Assembly (NCBI GenBank): GCA_965223075.1
Contig: OZ244986.1
Span: 3,421,630 to 3,485,629, forward strand
DNA length: 64,000 nucleotides
Direction of reading: 5' to 3'
DNA from: Candidatus Marinacidobacterium sp.
GTDB taxonomy: Bacteria > Acidobacteriota > Vicinamibacteria > Marinacidobacterales > Marinacidobacteraceae
Under the pieces are notes generated by a model. The model saw only the letters and a list, made by a program, of their open reading frames with translations, was not told the origin of the DNA and made no database searches. Positions 1-11,911 of this stretch are shown in pieces (positions within the stretch are counted from its first letter, which is position 1; each line of letters starts with the position of its first letter). The position numbers and the translations under genes are program-made.

Positions 1-989
1 ACCCGGCGGGCGGCGACGCCGGTCATCTCGATCACCGAAGCGCTCGCCGAATAGGGCATGTTCGGGACCGTTCCGGCAATCCCGCAGAGCAGGTTGCCGG
101 CGCCGCCGGCGGTGATCGTCCCCTGGACGACGCGGTAGTCGGGCGCCCGCGGCTCTCTCCACGAAACGCTCTGGATGGCGACGGACTCTCCGATGGTCTT
201 GGCGGAGGTCACGAGCATCACGAACCAGAACGCGGGCAGGAGCCCCCAGAATGCCGCGCCGAAACCCACATCGAAGCCGGGCCATCCTGAGACCGGAACC
301 GCCATCCATTCGGCCGCGAGCACAAGTTCGAACTGGTACAAGCCGACAAGGAGACCGGTAAGCGATCCGGCCACCACCCCGACCAGCGGCGCCCAGGGCC
401 GCACGGCTGTGCTTCCCCGCAAGAGGATACCGGCGATCGAGAGCAGCGCGACCGCTAAGCAGACGGGCGCTGCGGCCGGATGGGTCCCCGGAGGCGCTTC
501 GTCGAGCAGCGCGAAGGCGATCGGCATGACATTCACGCTGATCAGCATGACGATGGTTCCGCAGACCGCCGGGGTCAGGACACGCCGGAACCACGAGATG
601 CGCGGGGCCAGCGCGAGCTGGAACAGCGCGCAGGAGACGACCAGGGTGGCGAGCAGCGCGGGTCCCCCCGCCGTGAGAGCGGCGACCGAGACCGCGATGA
701 ACGCTCCCGAACTGCCCATCAGCACGATGTGCCCGGCGCCGAGCCGGCCGACCCGCGCCGCCTGCAGGATCGTGGTCAACCCGCTCACCGCGAGCGCGCA
801 GAACACCGCCCAGGAAACGTAAGGCTCGCCGATGTTCGAGGCGCGGGTTACGAGGACCGGAACGAGAACGATTCCGACGATGGAGATCATCGCGGTCTGG
901 AGCCCGAGTCCGATCGCGAGCGACAGCGGTGGGCGCTCGTCGGGCTGGTAGCGGATCCCGTCCCGCCGCCCGGCGACTTCCCCCGTCAT
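1..989 (-). CDS. Xanthine/uracil (NCS2) family permease, 3' end outside window
   Basis: Manual translation from ATG at 989: MTGEVAGRRDGIRYQPDERPPLSLAIGLGLQ...LTTILQ...GSSGAFI, a multi-TM NCS2 pattern; frame is open to the window edge. Confidence 0.75.
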   Translation of the reverse strand, partial: MTGEVAGRRDGIRYQPDERPPLSLAIGLGLQTAMISIVGIVLVPVLVTRASNIGEPYVSWAVFCALAVSGLTTILQAARVGRLGAGHIVLMGSSGAFIAVSVAALTAGGPALLATLVVSCALFQLALAPRISWFRRVLTPAVCGTIVMLISVNVMPIAFALLDEAPPGTHPAAAPVCLAVALLSIAGILLRGSTAVRPWAPLVGVVAGSLTGLLVGLYQFELVLAAEWMAVPVSGWPGFDVGFGAAFWGLLPAFWFVMLVTSAKTIGESVAIQSVSWREPRAPDYRVVQGTITAGGAGNLLCGIAGTVPNMPYSASASVIEMTGVAARR

Positions 990-1020
990 TCCCGTCAGGT
1001 CTCCCGGGTTCGCAGTGGGC

Positions 1021-1241
1021 TAACAGCCTGTGGATAAAGTGACGTGAGCGCCGAGGCCCCCACCGGGAGAACTGGCGGTGAGGCGCCCGGCTGACAAGGC
1101 GCGTGAGGGAGGAATACCGAGTGTATTTCGACCGAAACGCAACGCAGAGCGACGCGAAGCGCCAGTTCTCCCGGTGGGGGGGCGGTTCAGCCGGGAGGCA
1201 TCGCCGGTCGAACGCCGCGTGACTTTGTCCACAGGTTGCTA
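1021..1241. mobile_element. MITE family A copy containing two 20-nt C units
   Basis: TA-ACAGCCTGTGGATAAAGT...ACTTTGTCCACAGGTTGC-TA termini; core GACAAGGCG...GGAGGAATACCGAGTGTATTTCGACCG shared with more than 10 other copies. Confidence 0.85.
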
Positions 1242-1479
1242 AGGAGTGGCCTCGACGCTTACGGCGGGGCAGGCGGACGCGGCGAAAACGGAGGGTCTGT
1301 CGGCCAAGACTGGGGATTCTGACGGATCACGCAGATGAATGGAGATCCACGCGCACCGGCAGCTCCGGCGGGCTCGTATTTCCAACCCGCCTGACGGTCC
1401 GGGCTGAAAAGGGAGCGCCGCTCTCCAGACTCAGACGGACTGTTGCTTACACTCTCCCGCGCTGTCCGGCCCACCCTCC

Positions 1480-2295
1480 ATGAAATTCCGAATGCGCGAC
1501 CTTGCCGGGATGGCCGACATGCAGGAATGCGAAGCCATCCAGAAGGAGGTCTGGGGCTTTTTCGAACTCGATGTGGTGCCTGCCGGCCTCTTCGCGGTCA
1601 TGGTCCACTACGGCGCCATCTCGGTCGGCGCCTTCGTCGGCGAGCGGATGGCGGGTTTCGTCAGCGGCTTTCCCGGGTTCGGACGCGGCGAGGCGTTTCA
1701 CCATTCCCACATGCTCGCGGTGCGGCCCGAGTTCCAGGGCCGCGGGATCGGGCTCGCCCTCAAGTGGGCGCAGGCCGACCGGGTGCTCGCCCAGGGCCTT
1801 CGTCGGATCAACTGGACCTTCGATCCACTGCAGGCGCGGAACGCGAACCTCAACATCAACCACCTCGGCGCCGTTTCGTCCGTTTACCGCCTGAATGTGT
1901 ACGGCGAGAGCCAGAGCCCGCTGCACGGCGGTATCCCGACGGATCGGCTGGAGCCGGAGTGGCGCGTCGGATCGGGGCGCGTCGAGCGCGCCCGGCGGGG
2001 CGAGTTGATCCCGCCCGCCGGGATTCCCGATCTGCCCCGGATCAACCGGATCTCGTTCCGTCCCGACGGTCTCCCCGAGAGCGACGATCCGGAGCAACCC
2101 CCCGATGACGAGGTCCTGCTCTTCGTTCCCGAGGACCTCAACGCGATCATGGCCAATGACCTCGCGCTCGCCATGGATTGGCGGCTGAAGTGCCGCGCTG
2201 CATTCACCGCGCTCTTCGAGCAGGGCTACGAGGTCTCGGGCTTCCACCGCGGCGGTCGGGAGGCGGCCTACCGCTTGCGCCGGCGTTCTCACTGA
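1480..2295 (+). CDS. GNAT-family acyltransferase
   Basis: HSHMLAVRPEFQGRGIGLALK motif A and WTFDPLQARNA motif. Confidence 0.85.
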   Translation: MKFRMRDLAGMADMQECEAIQKEVWGFFELDVVPAGLFAVMVHYGAISVGAFVGERMAGFVSGFPGFGRGEAFHHSHMLAVRPEFQGRGIGLALKWAQADRVLAQGLRRINWTFDPLQARNANLNINHLGAVSSVYRLNVYGESQSPLHGGIPTDRLEPEWRVGSGRVERARRGELIPPAGIPDLPRINRISFRPDGLPESDDPEQPPDDEVLLFVPEDLNAIMANDLALAMDWRLKCRAAFTALFEQGYEVSGFHRGGREAAYRLRRRSH

Positions 2296-2398
2296 GCGGA
2301 GACCGGAGATTCGGGCTTTCGCACGGGCGTATCATGGCCGAGCGATCGGTGCCCCCGCTCGGATCCACACGGAGGCAACGAGGAGGCCGGCCGCGAAG

Positions 2399-2854
2399 GT
2401 GCGGGTACTGAGCAATCCGAGAGTCCGCGGATACGAAGACGCCGTGAGAGTGGTGCGCAAGGAACTGGCGTCGCGCTACGGCTTTATGGATCTATGGCTG
2501 TTCTTCCCTGACGCTGATCAGGCCAGACCGCACGCCATGCAAGAGCTGGAGGAGGGTCTCAAGGCGCGGGGAGTCTCACTACTGTGTTGCCCTGCCGTTC
2601 CCGAGGTCGAGGTGTATGCCTGTGTGGCGTATCGCCAGGAAATTCGGATTCCGTGGCGCGATTTGCGCGTCCATCCGAGAATGAAGGAGACTTTTTTCGA
2701 CGAGGTGCTCGAGAAGCATGGCGATCCGCGCCAACCGGGTGGCGGAAGGCGGGACATGGCTGAGCGGTCGCTGGCGTCGCGGCGAGCGTTCTTCCAGCTC
2801 TGTCCGGAAATCGCTCAACTGCGGGAGCGGATTGCAGCTCATCTGGACGGCTGA
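2399..2854 (+). CDS. Hypothetical protein, probably N-terminally truncated (TOPRIM/RloB-like remnant?)
   Basis: 151-aa ORF with lower GC than neighbours; acidic FFPDAD and PEVEVY motifs; family assignment is inference. Confidence 0.45.
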   Translation: MRVLSNPRVRGYEDAVRVVRKELASRYGFMDLWLFFPDADQARPHAMQELEEGLKARGVSLLCCPAVPEVEVYACVAYRQEIRIPWRDLRVHPRMKETFFDEVLEKHGDPRQPGGGRRDMAERSLASRRAFFQLCPEIAQLRERIAAHLDG

Positions 2855-3651
2855 TCAGGCGCCTCTTTGGACCGAACGGCCCGCGTCCAGCGGGGCGGGC
2901 GCTTTTGGAGGAAGGCGCGCATCCCTTCCTGGGCATCCGGCTCGACTGCGTTGGCGCAGATCACCTCGGACATCGCCCGGTAGGCGTCCTCCACAGAGAG
3001 TTCCGCCTGCCGGTGGAAGGCGCGTTTTCCGAGAGCGACCACAGCGGGGCTCGCTTCGGCGATCCGCTCGGCGAACGCTTGGCTGGCCTGTTCGAGTTCG
3101 GCTTCGGGGGTGACGCGGTTCACGAGTCCCCATTCGAGGGCGGTTCTCGCGTCCACGAAGTCTCCGGTAAGAAGCATCTCCATCGCGCGTTTGCGGCCGA
3201 CAGAGCGGCTCACCGGAACCATCGGGGTGGAGCAGAAGAGCCCGATGCGGACGCCCGGGGTGGCGAAGCGAGCGGTCTCGGCGGCGACCGCCAGATCGCA
3301 GTTGGCGACGAGCTCGCAGCCGGCGGCGGTGGCGATGCCGCGCACCTCAGCGATCACCGGTTGCGGGAGGGCGCGGATGGTCTCCATCAGTTCGGAGGCG
3401 GCGGCGAAGACCCGGCGCTGCTCCGCAAGATCCTGCCCCACCATCTCGGCGAGGTAGTGGCCGGCGGAGAAGGCGGGTCCGGCGCCGGCCAGCACGATGG
3501 CCCGCGTCTCTTCCGCGGCGCTCGCCTCCCGCAGCCCTTCGGCAACGCGTTTCATCATGGCGACGGAGAGCGCATTGCGCTTCTCCGGCCAGCGCATTTC
3601 GACCCGGGCGGCGGGTCCCCGGCGGACGATTCCGACCTCAGCTTCCGGCAT
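2839..3651 (-). CDS. Enoyl-CoA hydratase/isomerase family protein
   Basis: PEKRNAL, AFSAGH, ATAAGCELVA, FATPGVRIGLFC and DAQEGMRAFLQKR crotonase motifs. Confidence 0.92.
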   Translation of the reverse strand: MPEAEVGIVRRGPAARVEMRWPEKRNALSVAMMKRVAEGLREASAAEETRAIVLAGAGPAFSAGHYLAEMVGQDLAEQRRVFAAASELMETIRALPQPVIAEVRGIATAAGCELVANCDLAVAAETARFATPGVRIGLFCSTPMVPVSRSVGRKRAMEMLLTGDFVDARTALEWGLVNRVTPEAELEQASQAFAERIAEASPAVVALGKRAFHRQAELSVEDAYRAMSEVICANAVEPDAQEGMRAFLQKRPPRWTRAVRSKEAPDQPSR

Positions 3652-5119
3652 CGGAGCTCCCGCTGCCCAAGAAGGGCTCCACCTGTTCAGGTCGCGCCGG
3701 CGCCGTGAGCAGACTGCCGACGACCAGCCCCGAAATGGAGGCCGCCGCGGCGGGATAGATCACGTAGTCATAGTCGGTGGGAAGGAAGAGAACCCTCTCG
3801 ACTCCGGCGGAGTTCAGCACCCCGAAGATGAGGGTGGTCACGATCCCGGCCGAGATGGAAATGACCCCGCCCGCCGGGCTCGCCCGTCGCCACAGGAACG
3901 CCGCCAGCAGAGCGGGGGTCACCGCGGCCCCCACCATGGTGTAGGCGTAAAGCGCCATATCCAGGATGCTCTCGAAGCGGGTGGTGATGACGAGCGCGAC
4001 CGCGGAGAGTCCCACCATGGCGAAGCGCTGGAACCGGATCACCGTTCGCGAGTCCGCGTCCGGACGCACGAAGCGCTGGTAGATGTCACGCGCCATCCCG
4101 GTGGAGGGCACGAGCAGGAAGGTGGTCGCCGTGGAGAAGATGATGGCGACGGCGCCGGCGAGGAGGAGGCAGCCGGCGAACACGGGCAGCCTCTGCCGCG
4201 CGAACTCGAGGAGCACCGTTTCGGTGGCCCGGGCGTCGAACCCTTCCGCCGTCCGGAAGGCGGGATCGTTCCAGTAGCCGGCGGCGGCGAAGACCGCGGT
4301 GGCGTCGATCAGGACTTCGATCAGGATGACTCCCACGATCATCCCGACCACCGCCTTGCGGGCTGCGGCCCCGGACCGGGCCGCGTAGAACTTCTGGTAC
4401 ATGCCGCTCTCTCCCAGCAGGAGGAGCATGGTGGGCAGGAAGAGACCGATGGCCGCCGAGAGACCGAGCCGGCCGGTGAGAGTGAAGTGCGTCTCCGGAA
4501 GGACGCTGGTCAGGCCCTCGACGCCTCCCGCGCCGGCGAAGGCGAGTGGCGCGGCGATCAGGATGCTGACGATGATGATGACGCCGTTCACCACGTCGAG
4601 GCTGATCACGGAGATCATCCCGGCGCTCACCGCGAACAAGGTGACCAGCACCGCGACGATGGCCATCCCCACCTGCGGATCGAGTCCGGGAAAGAGGATG
4701 GCGAGCAGCCGACCGCCACCCACGAACTGGTACCCGGCGATCGTGAGATAGGCGATCGCGATCGCAGCGGTCCCGAGGAGGCGTGCCGCGGGGTGGTAGC
4801 GGCGCTCCAACAAGTCGGGAACGGTGTATTCCGCGATACGCCGAACCCGGGCCGCGAGAAAGAAGACCACCGCGATTCCGACCCAGGCGCCTGCGCTCAT
4901 CCAGAGGGCGGAGAATCCTTCCCTGAAAGCCCTGCCGGCGCCCCCGAAGAGGCTCCCGGACCCGATCCAGGTGCAGATGAGGGTTCCGACCAGGATCTGC
5001 CAGGGGACCGAGCGCCCCGCGACCATGAAGTCGTCCTGGGTAGTGACGCTGCGCGCCCGCCGGAGCGCGATGAACACCAGCAGGCCGAGATAGCCAAGGA
5101 CCGTGACTACGTAGATCAC
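3638..5119 (-). CDS. Sodium:solute symporter (SSS) family protein
   Basis: DDFMVAGRS, TWIGSGSL, TVPDLLERRY motifs; about 13 TM segments. Confidence 0.9.
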   Translation of the reverse strand: MIYVVTVLGYLGLLVFIALRRARSVTTQDDFMVAGRSVPWQILVGTLICTWIGSGSLFGGAGRAFREGFSALWMSAGAWVGIAVVFFLAARVRRIAEYTVPDLLERRYHPAARLLGTAAIAIAYLTIAGYQFVGGGRLLAILFPGLDPQVGMAIVAVLVTLFAVSAGMISVISLDVVNGVIIIVSILIAAPLAFAGAGGVEGLTSVLPETHFTLTGRLGLSAAIGLFLPTMLLLLGESGMYQKFYAARSGAAARKAVVGMIVGVILIEVLIDATAVFAAAGYWNDPAFRTAEGFDARATETVLLEFARQRLPVFAGCLLLAGAVAIIFSTATTFLLVPSTGMARDIYQRFVRPDADSRTVIRFQRFAMVGLSAVALVITTRFESILDMALYAYTMVGAAVTPALLAAFLWRRASPAGGVISISAGIVTTLIFGVLNSAGVERVLFLPTDYDYVIYPAAAASISGLVVGSLLTAPARPEQVEPFLGSGSSDAGS

Positions 5120-5153
5120 GTTTCGATCCTATCCCAGCGCCCGGCGGGCGGTC

Positions 5154-6023
5154 TCAGCGGCTGTGCGCCAACGAAGCCATGAGCACCCGGGGGATTCCGG
5201 CTAGGTCTGCCCGGGTCTCCACCCCTCCGAACCGGGCGTTCGAGAGGATGGTCGTAGCTGCCTCGCGTTGGCCGGCGCCGAGTTCGACCAGCAGCGCACC
5301 CCCGGGGCGCAGGACGGTGGCAGCCATCGGAGCCAACCGGCGGAGTGGATCCAGCCCGTCCGGGCCGCCGGCGAGCGCGCCCTGCGGTTCATGGTCCCGC
5401 ACTTCGGGTTCGAGCCGGTCGATTTCGGCGTCGGGAATGTAGGGAAGGTTCGCCACCACGGCGTCCAGCGTCGCGGGCCCGGTGGAAGCCAACAGATCGC
5501 TGGCGACCAGGCGGACTCTCTCCTGCAGCCCGCACCGGCGGATGTTCTCGGCCGCCAGGCGGAGTGCTGCCGGAGCATTGTCAAGGGCGAGGACGCGCGC
5601 GCCGGGTAGGCGGGAGGCGAGTGCAAGGGCGACGGCTCCCGAGCCGCAACCCACGTCGGCGATGCGGAGCGGTGCGCCACCGCCCCCGCCAAATCGCGCG
5701 AGGGCCGCCTCCACGAGGGTTTCGGTATCCGGGCGGGGGATCAGCGCTCCGGGGCCGACTGAAAGGGTGAGACCAAAGAACTCGACCTCGCCGACGAGAT
5801 GCTGGAGCGGCCGTCGGGTCGTCCGCTCGTCGATCAACTTCTTGAAGGCGTCCCTTACCGGAGGAGGGAGCGCATCTCCCGCCCGCGCGATCAGTTCAGC
5901 AGCCGACCACTCGGCGGCGGTGCGAAGCAGGAGCCCGGCGTCAAAGTCCGCAGACGCCACGCCAGCCGCGGCGAGCCGCTCCGAACCCTTCCGGAGCGCC
6001 GCTTGGACCGTCGCTTCGCTCAG
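5154..6023 (-). CDS. prmC: Release factor glutamine methyltransferase; probable CTG start overlapping prfA stop
   Basis: [28 protein letters not shown] motifs; directly follows prfA; N-terminal helix extends upstream of GTG 5960. Confidence 0.9.
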   Translation of the reverse strand: MSEATVQAALRKGSERLAAAGVASADFDAGLLLRTAAEWSAAELIARAGDALPPPVRDAFKKLIDERTTRRPLQHLVGEVEFFGLTLSVGPGALIPRPDTETLVEAALARFGGGGGAPLRIADVGCGSGAVALALASRLPGARVLALDNAPAALRLAAENIRRCGLQERVRLVASDLLASTGPATLDAVVANLPYIPDAEIDRLEPEVRDHEPQGALAGGPDGLDPLRRLAPMAATVLRPGGALLVELGAGQREAATTILSNARFGGVETRADLAGIPRVLMASLAHSR

Positions 6024-7132
6024 AGGTTCAGCGCCTTCAGACGGTCCGACTGCTCGCGGGCGTGGAGCGGCTCGATCAGGGGATCGAGCTCTCCTCCCAA
6101 CACGTTCGGGAGGGAATGCAGGGTAAGGGCGATCCGGTGGTCCGTGATCCGGTTTTCCTTGAAGTTATAGGTCCGGATCTTCTCGCTACGGTCCCCGCGG
6201 CCCACCTGTCCACGCCGCGCCGCGGCCACCTGGTCCTGCTGCTCCTGGCGCGCCAGTTCGAGAAGCCGGGACTTCAGCACGCGAAGCGCCTTTGCCTTGT
6301 TCTTGATCTGGGACTTCTCGTCCTGGCAACTGACTACGAGGCCGGACGGCAGGTGCGTGATGCGTACCGCAGAGTAGGTGGTGTTCACGCTCTGGCCCCC
6401 CGGGCCGGAGGAACAGAATGTATCCACGCGCAGATCCTTGGGGTCGATCTGAATCTCGACGTCCTCCGCCTCCGGGAGCACCGCCACGGTCACCGCGGAG
6501 GTGTGGATCCGTCCCGACGCTTCGGTGGCCGGCACGCGCTGCACCCGGTGCACCCCGCTCTCGAACTTCAGTCGGCTGAAAGCGCCCTTGCCTTCGATCA
6601 CCGAGACGATTTCCTTGATGCCGCCGACGGGGGATTCCTGGCTGGAGACCACGTCCACCCGGAATCCGTTGGACCGCGCGTATTGCTCGTACATCCGGAA
6701 GACTTCGCGGGCGAAGAGGGCCGCTTCCTCTCCGCCGGTACCGGCGCGCACCTCCAGCAGGACGTTGCGGTCGTCGTTCGGATCCTTGGGAAGCAGCCGG
6801 CGACGAATTTCGCCGGCGACCCGATCCAGTTCGTCGCGGGTCTCGGCCGCTTCTTCGGCCGCCAGTTCGGCCATTTCGGGGTCCGAGTCCTTTTCCATCT
6901 CGATCGCTTCTTCGAGCCGGTCGCTGAGTTCCCGGTGGCGTCCTCCGGCCTCCATCAGGGGTTCCAGTTCGGAATGAACGGAGGAGAGGCGCCTGAGCTC
7001 CGCGTGATCCGCGAGGACCCCTGGACTTGCGAGCCGCTCGGTCACCTTGCGGTACCGCTGTTCGGCGGCAGCGAGGGCGGCTTCGATTCCCGCGCCGGCG
7101 GTTCCGGTACCGGACGCGGTCTTGGTGGTCAT
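6020..7132 (-). CDS. prfA: Peptide chain release factor 1
   Basis: GGQ motif (SGPGGQSVN), PAT tripeptide (RVPATE), [17 protein letters not shown]. Confidence 0.97.
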   Translation of the reverse strand: MTTKTASGTGTAGAGIEAALAAAEQRYRKVTERLASPGVLADHAELRRLSSVHSELEPLMEAGGRHRELSDRLEEAIEMEKDSDPEMAELAAEEAAETRDELDRVAGEIRRRLLPKDPNDDRNVLLEVRAGTGGEEAALFAREVFRMYEQYARSNGFRVDVVSSQESPVGGIKEIVSVIEGKGAFSRLKFESGVHRVQRVPATEASGRIHTSAVTVAVLPEAEDVEIQIDPKDLRVDTFCSSGPGGQSVNTTYSAVRITHLPSGLVVSCQDEKSQIKNKAKALRVLKSRLLELARQEQQDQVAAARRGQVGRGDRSEKIRTYNFKENRITDHRIALTLHSLPNVLGGELDPLIEPLHAREQSDRLKALNL

Positions 7133-7333
7133 GGCGATTTCTCGGTTGATTGTCGTGTTGTCGGGGGTGGCAAAGCGCCCGGCGCCTCGGTTCGGGCCCC
7201 GAAACGGGACAGGCACCATGGTAGCGGCCCGCGGGGCAGCAGGACTCCCGACCAGCGGGCGCTCCTTTCCATGACGCTCCCGGAGTGGGAACCTGGAAAC
7301 CGGTCCGGCTGCGAATGCAGGCCGGGGAGGCTT

Positions 7334-7573
7334 CTACTGCGCGACGCTCGCCTGCGCTGCCCGCCGCGAACGAACTTCGCCGTACTTCTGGCGGAATCGT
7401 TCCACCCGTCCGGTCGAGTCCACGATCCGATGCTTGCCGGTGAAGAACGGATGGCAGGCGGAACAGATTTCGAGCCGCAGATCACTGTCCCGGGTGGAGC
7501 GGGTCACGAAACTGGTGCCGCAGGCACAGGTAACCGTGATTTCCTTGTACTCGGGGTGGATGCCGGGGCGCAT
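7334..7573 (-). CDS. rpmE: 50S ribosomal protein L31 (Zn-binding type)
   Basis: MRPGIHPEY...CACG...[12 protein letters not shown]...GRVERF. Confidence 0.96.
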   Translation of the reverse strand: MRPGIHPEYKEITVTCACGTSFVTRSTRDSDLRLEICSACHPFFTGKHRIVDSTGRVERFRQKYGEVRSRRAAQASVAQ

Positions 7574-7590
7574 TTGAAGGGCGCGAATAC

Positions 7591-7955
7591 TAGCAGCCTG
7601 TGAACAAAGTCGTGCGGCCCAGTTGCTGTGAAAATGCAGTCCACTGGACGCCGAGAGCCGGGATGGCGCGTGGGTCAGGGAGCCCCCACCGGGAGAACTG
7701 GGCCGACCTTCTGGTCGGCACAGCGGCCCGTGGGGCCGCGGGCGGTTCATTGCCGTCCGCCTTCACGGGGCGCAGGCACGGAGCCCGCAGGCTGCGAACG
7801 GTGTCTGCCATTCCAATGTACGGATCACGCCGAACGCTGGGATTCCCGCCGAGAAGGGACCACCTCGGAACTGGGGGTCCTTCCCGCCGCCCGCCTTCGG
7901 CGGGCTGTGCCGGGCCCCACCGGGAGCACTGCCCAGAGGTCGGCGTTCCCGTGCC
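7591..7955. repeat. Composite repeat: MITE-A terminus plus family B modules plus two C units
   Basis: TAGCAGCCTGTG end; CCAGTTGCTGTGAAAA module; 7731-7913 is an inverted homolog of 41690-41870; C units at 7682 and 7914. Confidence 0.75.
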
Positions 7956-7978
7956 TGCGCCAAGTCGCGCGGCAGCGG

Positions 7979-9330
<1,352 letters not shown>

Positions 9331-9340
<10 letters not shown>

Positions 9341-9960
9341 GCCTCCACTCGTTCGGCGATCAATTGGCGGATCTTGCCGACTCCTTGCCGGCCGGGATCG
9401 CGCGGTCGTTTGCCGCTGGAAACGGTCGAACAGGGAATCACCGGGAGACGTCCGTCACCGCCGAAGGCCTCGGAAAGCTGCCGGAGCCTCGATGCGGCCT
9501 GGGCGCTCTTGAGTTTGTCCATCTTGGTTGCCACGACCGCCACCGGGCGTTCGCTGGAGCCGAGCAGTTCCAGCACTCTGAGGTCGCTCTCCAGCGGATC
9601 GCGCCGCGCATCGACAAGGAGCAAATTCAGCACGAGACTCTCCCGGCCGGTCAGATAGGAGAGCACCAGATCCTCCCAGCCGGCGCGCAGCGCCTCGGGC
9701 GCTCGCGCGTAGCCGTAGCCCGGAAGATCCACGAGCCGGTGACTCCCACCGACTTCAAAGAAGTTGACCATCCGGGTACGGCCGGGTGTCTTGGAAACGT
9801 GAGCCAGACCCCGCTGGCCAACCAGCCGGTTCAGAAGACTCGACTTCCCGACGTTCGATCTCCCGATAAACGCCACCTCGGGAAGGGCGGGGGGCGGAAA
9901 ACCCGCCCGGGTGACGGCGCTGGTAGTGAACACGGCGCGATCGCGGGGCGCTTTCGGCAT
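9331..9960 (-). CDS. engB: Ribosome biogenesis GTPase YihA/YsxC
   Basis: GRSNVGKSS, SKTPGRT, DLPGYGYA, TKMDK. Confidence 0.95.
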
Positions 9961-10003
9961 GGGTCAGAAAGAGGAAGGCGGGCCCGGCGGCCCGAGACCG
10001 GGC

Positions 10004-11278
10004 TCAGCCGGCCTTTTGGGAAAGGACGGTTACCGGATCGGCTTGTCCGGTTACGAATTCCCTGGTGATCACGACCTCGCGTACCTGTTTTCGAGAGGGG
10101 AGGTCATACATGAGATCCAGCATCAGGTTCTCGATGATCATACGGAGGCCCCGGGCTCCGAGGTCGCGCTGGGAGGCCTGGGCGGCAACTGCGTCCAGAG
10201 CTTCGGCGGTGAACGTCAACTCGACTCCCTCGTCGCGCAGAAGCGTCTGGTATTGCTTCACGATAGCGTTTTTGGGCTCGGTCATGATCCGGATCAGTTC
10301 CGGCTCGCCGAGATTGTGGAGGGTCGCGACAACCGGCAGCCGACCGACGAATTCGGGGATCAATCCGTAGCGGATCAGATCGGACGGTTGCTGCTGATCG
10401 AGCGTGGCCGCTCGCCGGGCCTTGGCGCTTTCCGGTACCTCGGCGGCGAAACCGAGTGCCTTGGTCCCGACCCGGCGCTCGATGATCGATTCAAGACCCA
10501 CGAAAGCGCCGCCACAGATGAACAGGATGTTTGTCGTGTCCACCTGGTGGAACTCCTGGTGCGGATGCTTGCGCCCTCCCTGGGGAGGAACGCTGGCGAG
10601 CGTGCCTTCGACAATCTTCAAAAGGGCCTGTTGGACGCCCTCTCCCGAGACATCGCGGGTGATCGAGGGGTTTTCATCCTTGCGGCAGACCTTGTCGATC
10701 TCGTCCACATAGATGATGCCCTCCTGAGCGCGGGCGATGTCGCCGTCCGCGGCCTGCAGCAGCTTCAGGATGATGTTCTCCACATCTTCCCCGACATATC
10801 CCGCTTCCGTGAGCGTGGTGGCGTCCACGATCGTGAACGGGACCTCCAGAATGCGGGCGAGTGTCTGCGCGAGCAGGGTCTTGCCGGTGCCGGTCTCGCC
10901 GAGCAGCAGCACGTTGCTCTTGCTCAGTTCGACGGATTCCGGCTTTTGTGCGGTGTCCCGGGTTAGCCGAATCCGCTTGTAGTGGTTGTAGACCGCGACC
11001 GCCAGCTTCTTCTTCGCCTCTTCCTGCCCGACCACGTACTCGTCCAGCCGGTTCTTGATTTCGCTCGGCGTGAGGTGGTGCTTGCTGTCCGGTCCCGGGG
11101 TTGCCGCCTTGCCCTTGTCCGCGATGATGTCGTTGCAGATTGCGACGCACTCATCGCAGATGAAGATGCGGTCAGGTCCGGCGATCAGCTTGCCGACCGC
11201 GCCCTGCTGCTTGTTGCAGAACGAGCAACTCAGGCTGTCGGCGGGGCCGCCGTTTCGGCTCTTTCCCTTCCCAGGCAC
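10004..11278 (-). CDS. clpX: ATP-dependent Clp protease ATPase subunit ClpX
   Basis: CSFC...CDEC zinc finger, [33 protein letters not shown]. Confidence 0.97.
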   Translation of the reverse strand: MPGKGKSRNGGPADSLSCSFCNKQQGAVGKLIAGPDRIFICDECVAICNDIIADKGKAATPGPDSKHHLTPSEIKNRLDEYVVGQEEAKKKLAVAVYNHYKRIRLTRDTAQKPESVELSKSNVLLLGETGTGKTLLAQTLARILEVPFTIVDATTLTEAGYVGEDVENIILKLLQAADGDIARAQEGIIYVDEIDKVCRKDENPSITRDVSGEGVQQALLKIVEGTLASVPPQGGRKHPHQEFHQVDTTNILFICGGAFVGLESIIERRVGTKALGFAAEVPESAKARRAATLDQQQPSDLIRYGLIPEFVGRLPVVATLHNLGEPELIRIMTEPKNAIVKQYQTLLRDEGVELTFTAEALDAVAAQASQRDLGARGLRMIIENLMLDLMYDLPSRKQVREVVITREFVTGQADPVTVLSQKAG

Positions 11279-11299
11279 GCGCGGCCATTGTAGCGGGGC

Positions 11300-11665
11300 C
11301 TGGGAGTCCCCACCGGGAGAACTGGGCCACGTTCCAAGCCATCCCCGCGCCTCTTCCGCTGCCCGGCGGCGTAGGGGTGCCTGTGCCTGGTGGGGTACGT
11401 GCCGAGAGGTGCGCGATCACGGAACTGGGAAGTACCCCGTCTCGCCCCGCTGCGCGGGGCGGTGCCGGTGTGAACACCGGCGTCCCCTGGCCGGCGCGGC
11501 ATCCAGGGCGGGGGAGGGGGCGGCACTCACGTTGGTATAGCGCGGTGTCATCGGCGCTGGTTTCGCGCTCCCGCGCGATGCCGGCCGGAGGCCGGCGTTC
11601 CAAGCCGTCCCCGCGCTTCTTCCGGTCGGGGCTCCCCAACCGGTGTTCCGGATCCGGTCCTGCCG
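11300..11665. repeat. Family B modular REP-like repeat
   Basis: Modules CCGGTGTGAACACCGG and CACTCACGTTGG...TGCCGGCCGGAGGCCGGCGTTCCAAGCC shared with other loci; C unit at 11306. Confidence 0.75.
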
Positions 11666-11869
11666 TACCAGCCTGTGGTGAAACCCGCGTGAGCGCCGAG
11701 GTGCGGGAAGCGCCCGGCTGACAAGGCGCGTGAGGGGAGGAATACCGAGTGTATTTCGACCGAAACGCAACGCAGAACACCAGTTCTCCCGGTGGGGGGG
11801 CGAAGCGGAGTGGTTCAGCCGGGATGCAGCCCGCGCCGAACGCCGCGTGGGTTTTGCCACAGGCTGGTA
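11666..11869. mobile_element. MITE family A copy inserted at TA within a family B end
   Basis: TA-CCAGCCTGTGG...CCACAGGCTGG-TA; removing it restores GATCCGGTCCTGCCGTACACCCCGCCTGG, similar to 43860-43888. Confidence 0.85.
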
Positions 11870-11911
11870 CACCCCGCCTGGCATCCGAGCCGGGACAGTT
11901 CCCGGGTCGAA

